64,000 nucleotides of DNA from Eledone cirrhosa (taxonomy: Eukaryota). The DNA lies in the NCBI GenBank assembly GCA_964016885.1, contig OZ024754.1:24738001-24802000 (forward strand), in the 5' to 3' direction. Made by a program: the position numbers and the translations under genes. Positions 42,900 through 59,900 of the stretch are shown here, in pieces. Every line of letters starts with the position of its first letter. The first letter of the stretch is position 1. The notes beneath the pieces are model-generated. The model did no database searches. It was not told the DNA's origin and saw nothing but the letters and a program-made list of their open reading frames with translations.

Positions 42900-45800
42900 T
42901 AACGATAGTACTAACAACAACAACAATAATGATAATACTAACAACAACAATAACGAGAGTACTAACAACAACAACAATAATGATAGTACTAACAACAACA
43001 ATAACGATAGGACTAACAACAACAACAATAATGATAGTACTAACAACAACAATAACGATAGTACTAACAACAACAACAATAACGATAGTACTAACAACAA
43101 CAATAACGATAGTACTAACAACAACAACAATAACGATAGTACTAGCAACAACAACAATAACGATAGTACTAACAACAACAATAACGATAGTACTAACAAC
43201 AATAACGATAGTACTAACAGCAACAACAATAACGATAGTACTAACAACAACAACGATAACGATAGTACTAACAACAACAACAATAACGATAGTCCTAACA
43301 ACAACAACGATAACGATAGTACTAACAACAACAATAACGATAGTACTAACAGCAACAACAATAACGATAGTATTAACAGCAACAACAATAATGATAGTAC
43401 TAACAACAACAACAATAACGATAGTACTAACAGCAACAACAATAATGATAGTACTAACAACAACAACAATAACGATAGTACTAACAGCAACAACAATAAC
43501 GATAGTACAAACAACATCAACAATAACGATAGTACTAACAGCAACAACAATAACGATAGTACAAACAACAGCAACAATAACTATAGTACTAACAGCAACG
43601 ACAATAACGATAGTACTAACAACAACAACAATAACGATAGTACTAACAGCAACAACAATAACGATAGTACAAACAACAGCAACAATAACGATAGTACTAA
43701 CAGCAACAACAATAACGATAGTACAAACAACAGCAACAATAACGATAGTACTAACAGCAACAACAATAACGATAGTACAAACAACAGCAACAATAACGAT
43801 AGTACTAACAACAACAACAATAACGATAGTACTAACAGCAACAACAATAACGATAGTACAAACAACAGCAACAATAACGATAGTACTAACAGCAACAACA
43901 ATAACGATAGTACTAACAACAACAACGATAACAATAGTACTAACAACAACAACAATAACGATAGTACTAACAGCAACAACAATAACGATAGTACTAACAA
44001 CAACAACAATAACGATAGTACTAACAGCAACAACAATAACGATAGTACTAACAACAACAACAATAACGATAGTACTAACAACAACAACAATAACGATAGT
44101 ACTAACAGCAACAACAATAACGATAGTACTAACAACAACAACAATAACGATAGTACTAACATCAACAACAATAACGATAGTACTAACAACAACAACAATA
44201 ACGATAGTACTAACAACAAAAACAAAAACGATAGTACTAACAACAACAACAATAACGATAGTACAAACAACAACAACAATAACGATAGTACTAACAGCAA
44301 CAACAATAACGATAGTACAAACAACAGCAACAATAATGATATTACAAACAACAGCAACAATAACGATTGTACTAACAGCAACAACAATAACGATAGTACT
44401 AACAGCAAAAACAATAACGATAGTACTAACAGCAACAACAATAACGATAGTACTAACAGCAACAACAATAACGATAGTACTAACAACAACAACAATAATG
44501 ATAATACTAACAACAACAATAACGAGAGTACTAACAACAACAACAATAATGATAGTACTAACAACAACAATAACGATAGGACTAACAACAACAACAATAA
44601 TGATAGTACTAACAACAACAATAACGATAGTACTAACAACAACAACAATAACGATAGTACTAACAACAACAATAACGATAGTACTAACAACAACAACAAT
44701 AACGATAGTACTAGCAACAACAACAATAACGATAGTACTAACAACAACAATAACGATAGTACTAACAACAATAACGATAGTACTAACAGCAACAACAATA
44801 ACGATAGTACTAACAACAACAACGATAACGATAGTACTAACAACAACAACAATAACGATAGTCCTAACAACAACAACGATAACGATAGTACTAACAACAA
44901 CAATAACGATAGTACTAACAGCAACAACAATAACGATAGTATTAACAGCAACAACAATAATGATAGTACTAACAACAACAACAATAACGATAGTACTAAC
45001 AGCAACAACAATAATGATAGTACTAACAACAACAACAATAACGATAGTACTAACAGCAACAACAATAACGATAGTACAAACAACAGCAACAATAACGATA
45101 GTACTAACAGCAACAACAATAACGATAGTACAAACAACAGCAACAATAACTATAGTACTAACAGCAACGACAATAACGATAGTACTAACAACAACAACAA
45201 TAACGATAGTACTAACAGCAACAACAATAACGATAGTACAAACAACAGCAACAATAACGATAGTACTAACAGCAACAACAATAACGATAGTACAAACAAC
45301 AGCAACAATAACGATAGTACTAACAGCAACAACAATAACGATAGTACAAACAACAGCAACAATAACGATAGTACTAACAGCAACAACAATAACGATAGTA
45401 CAATCAACAGCAACAATAATGATATTACAAACAACAGCAACAATAACGATTGTACTAACAGCAACAACAATAACGATAGTACAAACAACAACAACAATAA
45501 CGATAGTACTAACAGCAACAACAATAACGATAGTACTAACAACAACAACAATAATGATAGTACAAACAACAGCAACAATAACGATTGTACTAACAGCAAC
45601 AACAATAACGATAGTACTAACAGCAACAACAATAACGATAGTACTAACAGCAACAAGAATAACGATAGTACTAACAACAACAACAATAACGATAGTACTA
45701 ACAGCAACAACAATAACGATAGTACTAACAGCAACAACAATAACGATAGTACTAACAACAACAACAATAATGATAGTACAAACAACAACAATAACGAGAG

Positions 45801-48800
45801 TACTAACAACAACAACAATAATGATAGTACTAACAACAACAATAACGATAGTACTAACAACAACAACAATAATGATAGTACTAACAACAAAAATAACGAT
45901 AGTACTAACAACAACAACAATAACGATAGTACTAACAACAACAATAACGATAGTACTAACAACAACAATAATAACGATAGTACTAGCAACAACAACAATA
46001 ACGATAGTACTAACAACAACAATAACGATAGTACTAACAACAACAATAACGATAGTACTAACAGCAACAACAATAACGATAGTACTAACAACAACAACAA
46101 TAACGATAGTCCTAACAACAACAACAATAACGATAGTACTAACAGCAACAACAATAACGATAGTACTAACAACAGCAACAATAACAATAGTACTAACAGC
46201 AACAACAATAACTATAGTACTAACATCAACGACAATAACGATAGTACTAATAACAACAACAATAACGATAGTACTAACAACAATAATAACTATAGTACTA
46301 ACAGCAACGACAATAACGATAGTACTAATAACAACAACAATAACAATAGTACTAACAACAACAACAATAACGATAGTACTAACAACAACAACAATAATGA
46401 TAGTACTAACAACAACAATAACGATAGTACTAACAGCAACAACAATAACGATGGTACTAACAGCAACAACAATAACGATAGTACTAACAACAACAAAAAT
46501 AACGATAGTACTAACAACAACAACAATAACGATAGTACTAACAACAACAACAATAACGATAGTACTAACAGCAACAACAATAACAATAGTACTAACAACA
46601 ACAACAATAACGATAGTACTAACAGTAACAACAATAACGATAGTACTAACAACAACAACAATAACGATAGTACTAACAAAGACAACAATAACGATAGTAC
46701 TAACAGCAACAACAATAACGATAGTACTAACAACAACAACAATAACGATAGTACTAAGAACAACAACAATAACGATAGTACTAACAACAACAACAATAAC
46801 GATAGTACTAACAGCAACAATAACGATAGTACTAACAGCAACAACAATAACGATAGTACTAACAGCAACAACAATAACGATAGTACTAACAACAACAACA
46901 ATAACGATAGTAATAACAGCAACAACAATAACGATAGTACTAACAGCAACAATAACGATAGTACTAACAGCAACAACAATAACGATAGTACTAACAACAA
47001 CAATAACGATAGTACTAACAGAAACAACAATAACGATAGTACTAACAACAACAACAATAACGATAGTAATAACAGCAACAACAATAACGATAGTACTAAC
47101 AGCAACAACAATAACGATAGTACTAACAACAACAACAATAACGATAGTACTAACAACAACAATAACGATAGTACTAACAACAACAACAATAACGATAGTA
47201 ATAACAGCAACAATAATAACGATAGTACTAACAGCAACAACAATAACGATAGTACTAACAACAACAATAACGATAGTAATAACAGCAACAACAATAACGA
47301 TAGTACTAACAGCAACAACAATAACGATAGTAATAACAGCAACAACAATAACGATAGTACTAACAACAACAATAACGATAGTAATAACAGCAACAATAAT
47401 AACGATAGTACTAACAACAACAACAATAACGATAGTACTAACAGCAACAACAATAACGATAGTACTAACAACAACAACAATAACGATAGTACTAACAGCA
47501 ACAACAATAACGATAGTACTAACAACAACAACAATAACGATAGTACTAACAACAACAATAACGATAGTAATAACAGCAACAACAATAACGATAGTACTAA
47601 CAGCAACAATAACGATAGTACTAACAGCAACAACAATAACGATAGTACTAACAACAACAATAACGATAGTACTAACAGAAACAACAATAACGATAGTACT
47701 AACAACAACAATAACGATAGTAATAACAGCAACAACAATAACGATAGTACTAACAGCAACAACAATAACGATAGTACTAACAGCAACAACAATAACGATA
47801 GTACTAACAACAACAACAATAACGATAGTACTAACAACAACAATAACGATAGTACTAACAGCAACAACAATAACAATAGTACTAACAACAACAACAATAA
47901 CGATAGTACTAACAGCAACAACAATAACGATAGTACTAACAACAACAACAATAACGATAGTACTAACAACAACAATAACGATAGTACTAACAGCAACAAC
48001 AATAGCGATAGTACTAACAACAACAACAATAACGATAGTACTAACAACAACAATAACGATAGTACTAACAGCAACAACAATAACGATAGTACTAACAGCA
48101 AGAACAATAACGATAGTACTAACAACAACAATAACGATAGTACTAACAACAACAACTATAACGATAGTACTAACAACAACAAGAATAACAATAGTACGAA
48201 CAACAACAACAATAACGATAGTACTAACAACAACAACAATAACGATAGTACTAACAACAACAACAATAATGATAGTACTAACAACAACAACAATAACGAT
48301 AGTACTAACACCAACAACAATAACGATAGTACTAACAACAACAATAACAATAGTACTAACAGCAACAAAAATAACGATAATACTAACAGCAACAACAATA
48401 ACGATAGTACTAACAACAACAACAATAATGATAGTACTAACAACAACAGTAACGATACTACTAACAACAACAACAGTAATGATAGTACTAACAACAACAA
48501 TAACGATAGTACTAACAACAATAACAATAATGATAGTACTAACAACAACAATAACGATAGTACTAACAACAACAACAATAATGATAGTACTAACAACAAC
48601 AATAACGATAGTACTAACAACAACAACAATAACGATAGTACTAACAACAACAATAACGATATGACTAACAACAACAACAATAACGGTAGTACTAGCAACA
48701 ACAACAATAACGATAGTACTAACAACAACAATAACGATAGTACTAACAACAACAATAACGATAGTACTAACAGCAACAACAATAACGATAGTACTAACAG

Positions 48801-51800
48801 CAACAACAATAACGATAGTACTAACAACAACAACAATAATGATAATACTAACAACAACAATAACGAGAGTACTAACAACAACAACAATAATGATAGTACT
48901 AACAACAACAATAACGATAGGACTAACAACAACAACAATAATGATAGTACTAACAACAACAATAACGATAGTACTAACAACAACAACAATAACGATAGTA
49001 CTAACAACAACAATAACGATAGTACTAACAACAACAACAATAACGATAGTACTAGCAACAACAACAATAACGATAGTACTAACAACAACAATAACGATAG
49101 TACTAACAACAATAACGATAGTACTAACAGCAACAACAATAACGATAGTACTAACAACAACAACGATAACGATAGTACTAACAACAACAACAATAACGAT
49201 AGTCCTAACAACAACAACGATAACGATAGTACTAACAACAACAATAACGATAGTACTAACAGCAACAACAATAACGATAGTATTAACAGCAACAACAATA
49301 ATGATAGTACTAACAACAACAACAATAACGATAGTACTAACAGCAACAACAATAATGATAGTACTAACAACAACAACAATAACGATAGTACTAACAGCAA
49401 CAACAATAACGATAGTACAAACAACATCAACAATAACGATAGTACTAACAGCAACAACAATAACGATAGTACAAACAACAGCAACAATAACTATAGTACT
49501 AACAGCAACGACAATAACGATAGTACTAACAACAACAACAATAACGATAGTACTAACAGCAACAACAATAACGATAGTACAAACAACAGCAACAATAACG
49601 ATAGTACTAACAGCAACAACAATAACGATAGTACAAACAACAGCAACAATAACGATAGTACTAACAGCAACAACAATAACGATGGTACAAACAACAGCAA
49701 CAATAACGATAGTACTAACAGAAACAACAATAACGATAGTACTAACAACAACAATAACGATAGTAATAACAGCAACAACAATAACGATAGTACTAACAGC
49801 AACAACAATAACGATAGTACTAACAGCAACAACAATAACGATAGTACTAACAACAACAACAATAACGATAGTACTAACAACAACAATAACGATAGTACTA
49901 ACAGCAACAACAATAACAATAGTACTAACAACAACAACAATAACGATAGTACTAACAGCAACAACAATAACGATAGTACTAACAACAACAACAATAACGA
50001 TAGTACTAACAACAACAATAACGATAGTACTAACAGCAACAACAATAGCGATAGTACTAACAACAACAACAATAACGATAGTACTAACAACAACAATAAC
50101 GATAGTACTAACAGCAACAACAATAACGATAGTACTAACAGCAAGAACAATAACGATAGTACTAACAACAACAATAACGATAGTACTAACAACAACAACT
50201 ATAACGATAGTACTAACAACAACAAGAATAACAATAGTACGAACAACAACAACAATAACGATAGTACTAACAACAACAACAATAACGATAGTACTAACAA
50301 CAACAACAATAATGATAGTACTAACAACAACAACAATAACGATAGTACTAACACCAACAACAATAACGATAGTACTAACAACAACAATAACAATAGTACT
50401 AACAGCAACAAAAATAACGATAATACTAACAGCAACAACAATAACGATAGTACTAACAACAACAACAATAATGATAGTACTAACAACAACAGTAACGATA
50501 CTACTAACAACAACAACAGTAATGATAGTACTAACAACAACAATAACGATAGTACTAACAACAATAACAATAATGATAGTACTAACAACAACAATAACGA
50601 TAGTACTAACAACAACAACAATAATGATAGTACTAACAACAACAATAACGATAGTACTAACAACAACAACAATAACGATAGTACTAACAACAACAATAAC
50701 GATATGACTAACAACAACAACAATAACGGTAGTACTAGCAACAACAACAATAACGATAGTACTAACAACAACAATAACGATAGTACTAACAACAACAATA
50801 ACGATAGTACTAACAGCAACAACAATAACGATAGTACTAACAGCAACAACAATAACGATAGTACTAACAACAACAACAATAATGATAATACTAACAACAA
50901 CAATAACGAGAGTACTAACAACAACAACAATAATGATAGTACTAACAACAACAATAACGATAGGACTAACAACAACAACAATAATGATAGTACTAACAAC
51001 AACAATAACGATAGTACTAACAACAACAACAATAACGATAGTACTAACAACAACAATAACGATAGTACTAACAACAACAACAATAACGATAGTACTAGCA
51101 ACAACAACAATAACGATAGTACTAACAACAACAATAACGATAGTACTAACAACAATAACGATAGTACTAACAGCAACAACAATAACGATAGTACTAACAA
51201 CAACAACGATAACGATAGTACTAACAACAACAACAATAACGATAGTCCTAACAACAACAACGATAACGATAGTACTAACAACAACAATAACGATAGTACT
51301 AACAGCAACAACAATAACGATAGTATTAACAGCAACAACAATAATGATAGTACTAACAACAACAACAATAACGATAGTACTAACAGCAACAACAATAATG
51401 ATAGTACTAACAACAACAACAATAACGATAGTACTAACAGCAACAACAATAACGATAGTACAAACAACATCAACAATAACGATAGTACTAACAGCAACAA
51501 CAATAACGATAGTACAAACAACAGCAACAATAACTATAGTACTAACAGCAACGACAATAACGATAGTACTAACAACAACAACAATAACGATAGTACTAAC
51601 AGCAACAACAATAACGATAGTACAAACAACAGCAACAATAACGATAGTACTAACAGCAACAACAATAACGATAGTACAAACAACAGCAACAATAACGATA
51701 GTACTAACAGCAACAACAATAACGATGGTACAAACAACAGCAACAATAACGATAGTACTAACAACAACAACAATAACGATAGTACTAACAGCAACAACAA

Positions 51801-54800
51801 TAACGATAGTACAAACAACAGCAACAATAACGATAGTACTAACAGCAACAACAATAACGATAGTACTAACAACAACAACGATAACAATAGTACTAACAAC
51901 AACAACAATAACGATAGTACTAACAGCAACAACAATAACGATAGTACTAACAACAACAACAATAACGATAGTACTAACAGCAACAACAATAACGATAGTA
52001 CTAACAACAACAACAATAACGATAGTACTAACAACAACAACAATAACGATAGTACTAACAGCAACAACAATAACGATAGTACTAACAACAACAACAATAA
52101 CGATAGTACTAACATCAACAACAATAACGATAGTACTAACAACAACAACAATAACGATAGTACTAACAACAAAAACAAAAACGATAGTACTAACAACAAC
52201 AACAATAACGATAGTACAAACAACAACAACAATAACGATAGTACTAACAGCAACAACAATAACGATAGTACAAACAACAGCAACAATAATGATATTACAA
52301 ACAACAGCAACAATAACGATTGTACTAACAGCAACAACAATAACGATAGTACTAACAGCAAAAACAATAACGATAGTACTAACAGCAACAACAATAACGA
52401 TAGTACTAACAGCAACAACAATAACGATAGTACTAACAACAACAACAATAATGATAATACTAACAACAACAATAACGAGAGTACTAACAACAACAACAAT
52501 AATGATAGTACTAACAACAACAATAACGATAGGACTAACAACAACAACAATAATGATAGTACTAACAACAACAATAACGATAGTACTAACAACAACAACA
52601 ATAACGATAGTACTAACAACAACAATAACGATAGTACTAACAACAACAACAATAACGATAGTACTAGCAACAACAACAATAACGATAGTACTAACAACAA
52701 CAATAACGATAGTACTAACAACAATAACGATAGTACTAACAGCAACAACAATAACGATAGTACTAACAACAACAACGATAACGATAGTACTAACAACAAC
52801 AACAATAACGATAGTCCTAACAACAACAACGATAACGATAGTACTAACAACAACAATAACGATAGTACTAACAGCAACAACAATAACGATAGTATTAACA
52901 GCAACAACAATAATGATAGTACTAACAACAACAACAATAACGATAGTACTAACAGCAACAACAATAATGATAGTACTAACAACAACAACAATAACGATAG
53001 TACTAACAGCAACAACAATAACGATAGTACAAACAACAGCAACAATAACGATAGTACTAACAGCAACAACAATAACGATAGTACAAACAACAGCAACAAT
53101 AACTATAGTACTAACAGCAACGACAATAACGATAGTACTAACAACAACAACAATAACGATAGTACTAACAGCAACAACAATAACGATAGTACAAACAACA
53201 GCAACAATAACGATAGTACTAACAGCAACAACAATAACGATAGTACAAACAACAGCAACAATAACGATAGTACTAACAGCAACAACAATAACGATAGTAC
53301 AAACAACAGCAACAATAACGATAGTACTAACAGCAACAACAATAACGATAGTACAATCAACAGCAACAATAATGATATTACAAACAACAGCAACAATAAC
53401 GATTGTACTAACAGCAACAACAATAACGATAGTACAAACAACAACAACAATAACGATAGTACTAACAGCAACAACAATAACGATAGTACTAACAACAACA
53501 ACAATAATGATAGTACAAACAACAGCAACAATAACGATTGTACTAACAGCAACAACAATAACGATAGTACTAACAGCAACAACAATAACGATAGTACTAA
53601 CAGCAACAAGAATAACGATAGTACTAACAACAACAACAATAACGATAGTACTAACAGCAACAACAATAACGATAGTACTAACAGCAACAACAGTAACGAT
53701 AGTACTAACAACAACAACAATAATGATAGTACAAACAACAACAATAACGAGAGTACTAACAACAACAACAATAATGATAGTACTAACAACAACAATAACG
53801 ATAGTACTAACAACAACAACAATAATGATAGTACTAACAACAAAAATAACGATAGTACTAACAACAACAACAATAACGATAGTACTAACAACAACAATAA
53901 CGATAGTACTAACAACAACAATAATAACGATAGTACTAGCAACAACAACAATAACGATAGTACTAACAACAACAATAACGATAGTACTAACAACAACAAT
54001 AACGATAGTACTAACAGCAACAACAATAACGATAGTACTAACAACAACAACAATAACGATAGTCCTAACAACAACAACGATAACGATAGTACTAACAGCA
54101 ACAACAATAACGATAGTACTAACAACAGCAACAATAACAATAGTACTAACAGCAACAACAATAACTATAGTACTAACATCAACGACAATAACGATAGTAC
54201 TAATAACAACAACAATAACGATAGTACTAACAACAATAATAACTATAGTACTAACAGCAACGACAATAACGATAGTACTAATAACAACAACAATAACAAT
54301 AGTACTAACAACAACAACAATAACGATAGTACTAACAACAACAACAATAATGATAGTACTAACAACAACAATAACGATAGTACTAACAGCAACAACAATA
54401 ACGATGGTACTAACAGCAACAACAATAACGATAGTACTAACAACAACAAAAATAACGATAGTACTAACAACAACAACAATAACGATAGTACTAACAACAA
54501 CAACAATAACGATAGTACTAACAGCAACAACAATAACAATAGTACTAACAACAACAACAATAACGATAGTACTAACAGTAACAACAATAACGATAGTACT
54601 AACAACAACAACAATAACGATAGTACTAACAAAGACAACAATAACGATAGTACTAACAGCAACAACAATAACGATAGTACTAACAACAACAACAATAACG
54701 ATAGTACTAAGAACAACAACAATAACGATAGTACTAACAACAACAACAATAACGATAGTACTAACAGCAACAATAACGATAGTACTAACAGCAACAACAA

Positions 54801-56900
54801 TAACGATAGTACTAACAGCAACAACAATAACGATAGTACTAACAACAACAACAATAACGATAGTAATAACAGCAACAACAATAACGATAGTACTAACAGC
54901 AACAATAACGATAGTACTAACAGCAACAACAATAACGATAGTACTAACAACAACAATAACGATAGTACTAACAGAAACAACAATAACGATAGTACTAACA
55001 ACAACAACAATAACGATAGTAATAACAGCAACAACAATAACGATAGTACTAACAGCAACAACAATAACGATAGTACTAACAACAACAACAATAACGATAG
55101 TACTAACAACAACAATAACGATAGTACTAACAACAACAACAATAACGATAGTAATAACAGCAACAATAATAACGATAGTACTAACAGCAACAACAATAAC
55201 GATAGTACTAACAACAACAATAACGATAGTAATAACAGCAACAACAATAACGATAGTACTAACAGCAACAACAATAACGATAGTAATAACAGCAACAACA
55301 ATAACGATAGTACTAACAACAACAATAACGATAGTAATAACAGCAACAATAATAACGATAGTACTAACAACAACAACAATAACGATAGTACTAACAGCAA
55401 CAACAATAACGATAGTACTAACAACAACAACAATAACGATAGTACTAACAGCAACAACAATAACGATAGTACTAACAACAACAACAATAACGATAGTACT
55501 AACAACAACAATAACGATAGTAATAACAGCAACAACAATAACGATAGTACTAACAGCAACAATAACGATAGTACTAACAGCAACAACAATAACGATAGTA
55601 CTAACAACAACAATAACGATAGTACTAACAGAAACAACAATAACGATAGTACTAACAACAACAATAACGATAGTAATAACAGCAACAACAATAACGATAG
55701 TACTAACAGCAACAACAATAACGATAGTACTAACAGCAACAACAATAACGATAGTACTAACAACAACAACAATAACGATAGTACTAACAACAACAATAAC
55801 GATAGTACTAACAACAACAACAATAACGATAGTAATAACAGCAACAATAATAACGATAGTACTAACAGCAACAACAATAACGATAGTACTAACAGCAACA
55901 ACAATAACGATAGTACTAACAACAACAACAATAACGATAGTACTAACAACAACAATAACGATAGTACTAACAGCAACAACATTAACGATAGTACTAACAA
56001 CAACAACAATAACGATAGTACTAACAGCAACAACAATAACAATAGTACTAACAACAACAACAATAACGATAGTACTAACAGCAACAACAATAACGATAGT
56101 ACTAACAACAACAACAATAACGATAGTACTAACAACAACAATAACGATAGTACTAACAGCAACAACAATAGCGATAGTACTAACAACAACAACAATAACG
56201 ATAGTACTAACAACAACAATAACGATAGTACTAACAGCAACAACAATAACGATAGTACTAACAGCAAGAACAATAACGATAGTACTAACAACAACAATAA
56301 CGATAGTACTAACAACAACAACTATAACGATAGTACTAACAACAACAAGAATAACAATAGTACGAACAACAACAACAATAACGATAGTACTAACAACAAC
56401 AACAATAACGATAGTACTAACAACAACAACAATAATGATAGTACTAACAACAACAACAATAACGATAGTACTAACACCAACAACAATAACGATAGTACTA
56501 ACAACAACAATAACAATAGTACTAACAGCAACAAAAATAACGATAATACAAACAGCAACAACAATAACGATAGTACTAACAACAACAACAATAATGATAG
56601 TACTAACAACAACAGTAACGATACTACTAACAACAACAACAGTAATGATAGTACTAACAACAACAATAACGATAGTACTAACAACAATAACAATAATGAT
56701 AGTACTAACAACAACAATAACGATAGTACTAACAACAACAACAATAATGATAGTACTAACAACAACAATAACGATAGTACTAACAACAACAACAATAACG
56801 ATAGTACTAACAACAACAATAACGATATGACTAACAACAACAACAATAACGGTAGTACTAGCAACAACAACAATAACGATAGTACTAACAACAACAATAG
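42900..56900 (+). repeat. Higher-order repeat D: ~5.9-kb unit duplicated at offset 7,953 bp, with nested 2,043-bp and 1,569-bp duplications
   Basis: Stops pair at 43581/51534, 45150/53103 and 46290/54243 (+7,953); 48156/50199 (+2,043); 43581/45150 (+1,569). Confidence 0.9.
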
Positions 56901-59900
56901 CGATAGTACTAACAACAACAATAACGATAGTACTAACAGCAACAACAATAACGATAGTACTAACAACAACAACAATAACGATAGTACTAACAACAACAAT
57001 AACGATAGTACTAACAACAACAACAATAACGATAGTACTAACAACAACAATAACGATAGGACTAACAACAACAACAATAACGGTAGTACTAGCAACAACA
57101 ACAATAACGATAGTACTAACAACAACAATAACGATAGTACTAACAACAACAATAACGATAGTACTAACAGCAACAACAATAACGATAGTACTAACAGCAA
57201 CAACAATAACGATAGTACTAACAGCAACAATAACGAGAGTACTAACAGCAACAATAACGATAGTACTAACAGCAACAACAATAGCTATAGTACTAACAGC
57301 AACGACAATAACGATAGTACTAATAACAACAACAAAACGATAGTACAAACAGCAACAACAATAACGATAGTACTAACAGCAACAACAATAACGATAGTAC
57401 TAACAACAACAACAATAACGATAGTACTAACAACAACAATAACGATAGTACTAACAACAACAACGATAACGATAGTACTAACAGCAACAACAATAACGAT
57501 AGTACTAACAACAACAACAAAAACGATAGTCCTAACAACAACAACGATAACGATAGTACTAACAGCAACAACAATAACGATAGTACTAACAACAGCAACA
57601 ATAACGATAGTACTAACGGCAACAATAATGATAGTACTAACAGCAACAACAATAACTATAGTACTAACAGCAACGACAATAACGATAGTACTAATAAAAA
57701 CAACAATAACGAGAGTACTAACAACAACAATAACTATAGTACTAACAGCAACGACAATAACGATAGTACTAATAACAACAACAATAACGATAGTACTAAC
57801 AACAACAACAATAATGATAGTACTAACAACAACAATAACGATAGTACTAACAGCAACAATAACGATAGTACTAACAGCAACAACAATAACGATAGTACTA
57901 ACAGCAACAACAATAACGATAGTACTAACAACAACAAAAATAACGATAGTACTAACAACAACAACAATAACGATAGTACTAACAACAACAACAATAACGA
58001 TAGTACTAACAGCAACAACAATAACAATAGTACTAACAACAACAACAATAACGATAGTACTAACAGCAACAACAATAACGATAGTACTAACAACAACAAC
58101 AATAACGATAGTACTAACAAAGACAACAATAACGATAGTACTAACAGCAACAACAATAACGATAGTACTAACAACAACAACAATAACGATAGTACTAACA
58201 ACAACAACAATAACGACAGTACTAACAACAACAACAATAACGATAGTACTAACAGCAACAATAACGATAGTACTAACAGCAACAACAATAACGATAGTAA
58301 TAACAGCAACAACAATAACGATAGTACTAACAGCAAAAACAATAACGATAGTAATAACAACGACAATAACGATAGTACTAACAACAACAACAATAACGAT
58401 AGTACTAACATCAACAACAATAACGATAGTAATAACAACAACAACAATAACGATAGTACTAACAGCAACAACAATAACGATAGTACTAACAGCAACAACA
58501 ATAACGATAGTACTAACAACAACAACAATAACGATAGTACTAACAGCAAAAACAATAACGATAGTACTAACAACGACAATAACGATAGTACTAACAACAA
58601 CAACAACAATAACGATAGTACTAACAACAACAACAATAACGATAGTACTAACAACAACAACAATAACGATAGTACTAACAACAACAACAATAACGATAGT
58701 ACTAACAACAACAACAATAATGATAGTACTAACAACAACAATAACGATAGTACTAACAACAACAAGAATAACGATAGTACTAACACCAACAACAATAACG
58801 ATAGTACTAACAACAACAATAACAATAGTACTAACAGCAACAAAAATAACGATAATACTAACAGCAACAACAATAACGATAGTACTAACAACAACAATAA
58901 TGATAGTACTAACAACAACAGTAACGATACTACTAACAACAACAACAGTAATGATAGTACTAACAACAACAATAGCGATAGTACTAACAACAACAACAAT
59001 AATGATAGTACTAACAACAACAATAACGATAGTACTAACAACAACAACAATAATGATAGTACTAACAACAACAATAACGATAGTACTAACAACAACAACA
59101 ATAACGATAGTACTAACAACAACAATAACGATAGGACTAACAACAACAACAATAACGGTAGTACTAGCAACAACAACAATAACGATAGTACTAACAACAA
59201 CAATAACGATAGTACTAACAGCAACAACAATAACGATAGTACTAACAACAACAACAATAACGATAGTACTAACAACAACAATAACGATAGTACTAACAAC
59301 AACAACAATAACGATAGTACTAACAACAACAATAACGATAGTACTAACAACAACAACAATAACGATAGTACTAACAACAACAATAACGGTAGTACTAACA
59401 GCAACAACAATAACGATAGTACTAACAGCAACAATAACGATAGTACTAACAGCAACAATAACGATAGTACTAACAGCAACAACAATAGCTATAGTACTAA
59501 TAGCAACGACAATAACGATAGTACTAATAACAACAACAATAACGATAGTACTAACAGCAACAACAATAACGGTAGTACTAACAACAACAACAATAACGAT
59601 AGTACTAACAACAACAACAATAACGATAGTACTAACAGCAACAACAATAACGGTAGTACTAACAACAACAACAATAACGATAGTACTAACAACAACAACA
59701 ATAACGATAGTTTTAACAACAACAACAATAACGATAGTACTAACAGCAACAACAATAACGATAGTACTAACAACAACAACAATAACGATAGTACTAACAA
59801 CAACAACAATAACGATAGTACTAACAACAACAACAATAACGATAGTACTAACAGCAACAACAATAACGATAGTACTAATAACAACAACAATAACGATAGT

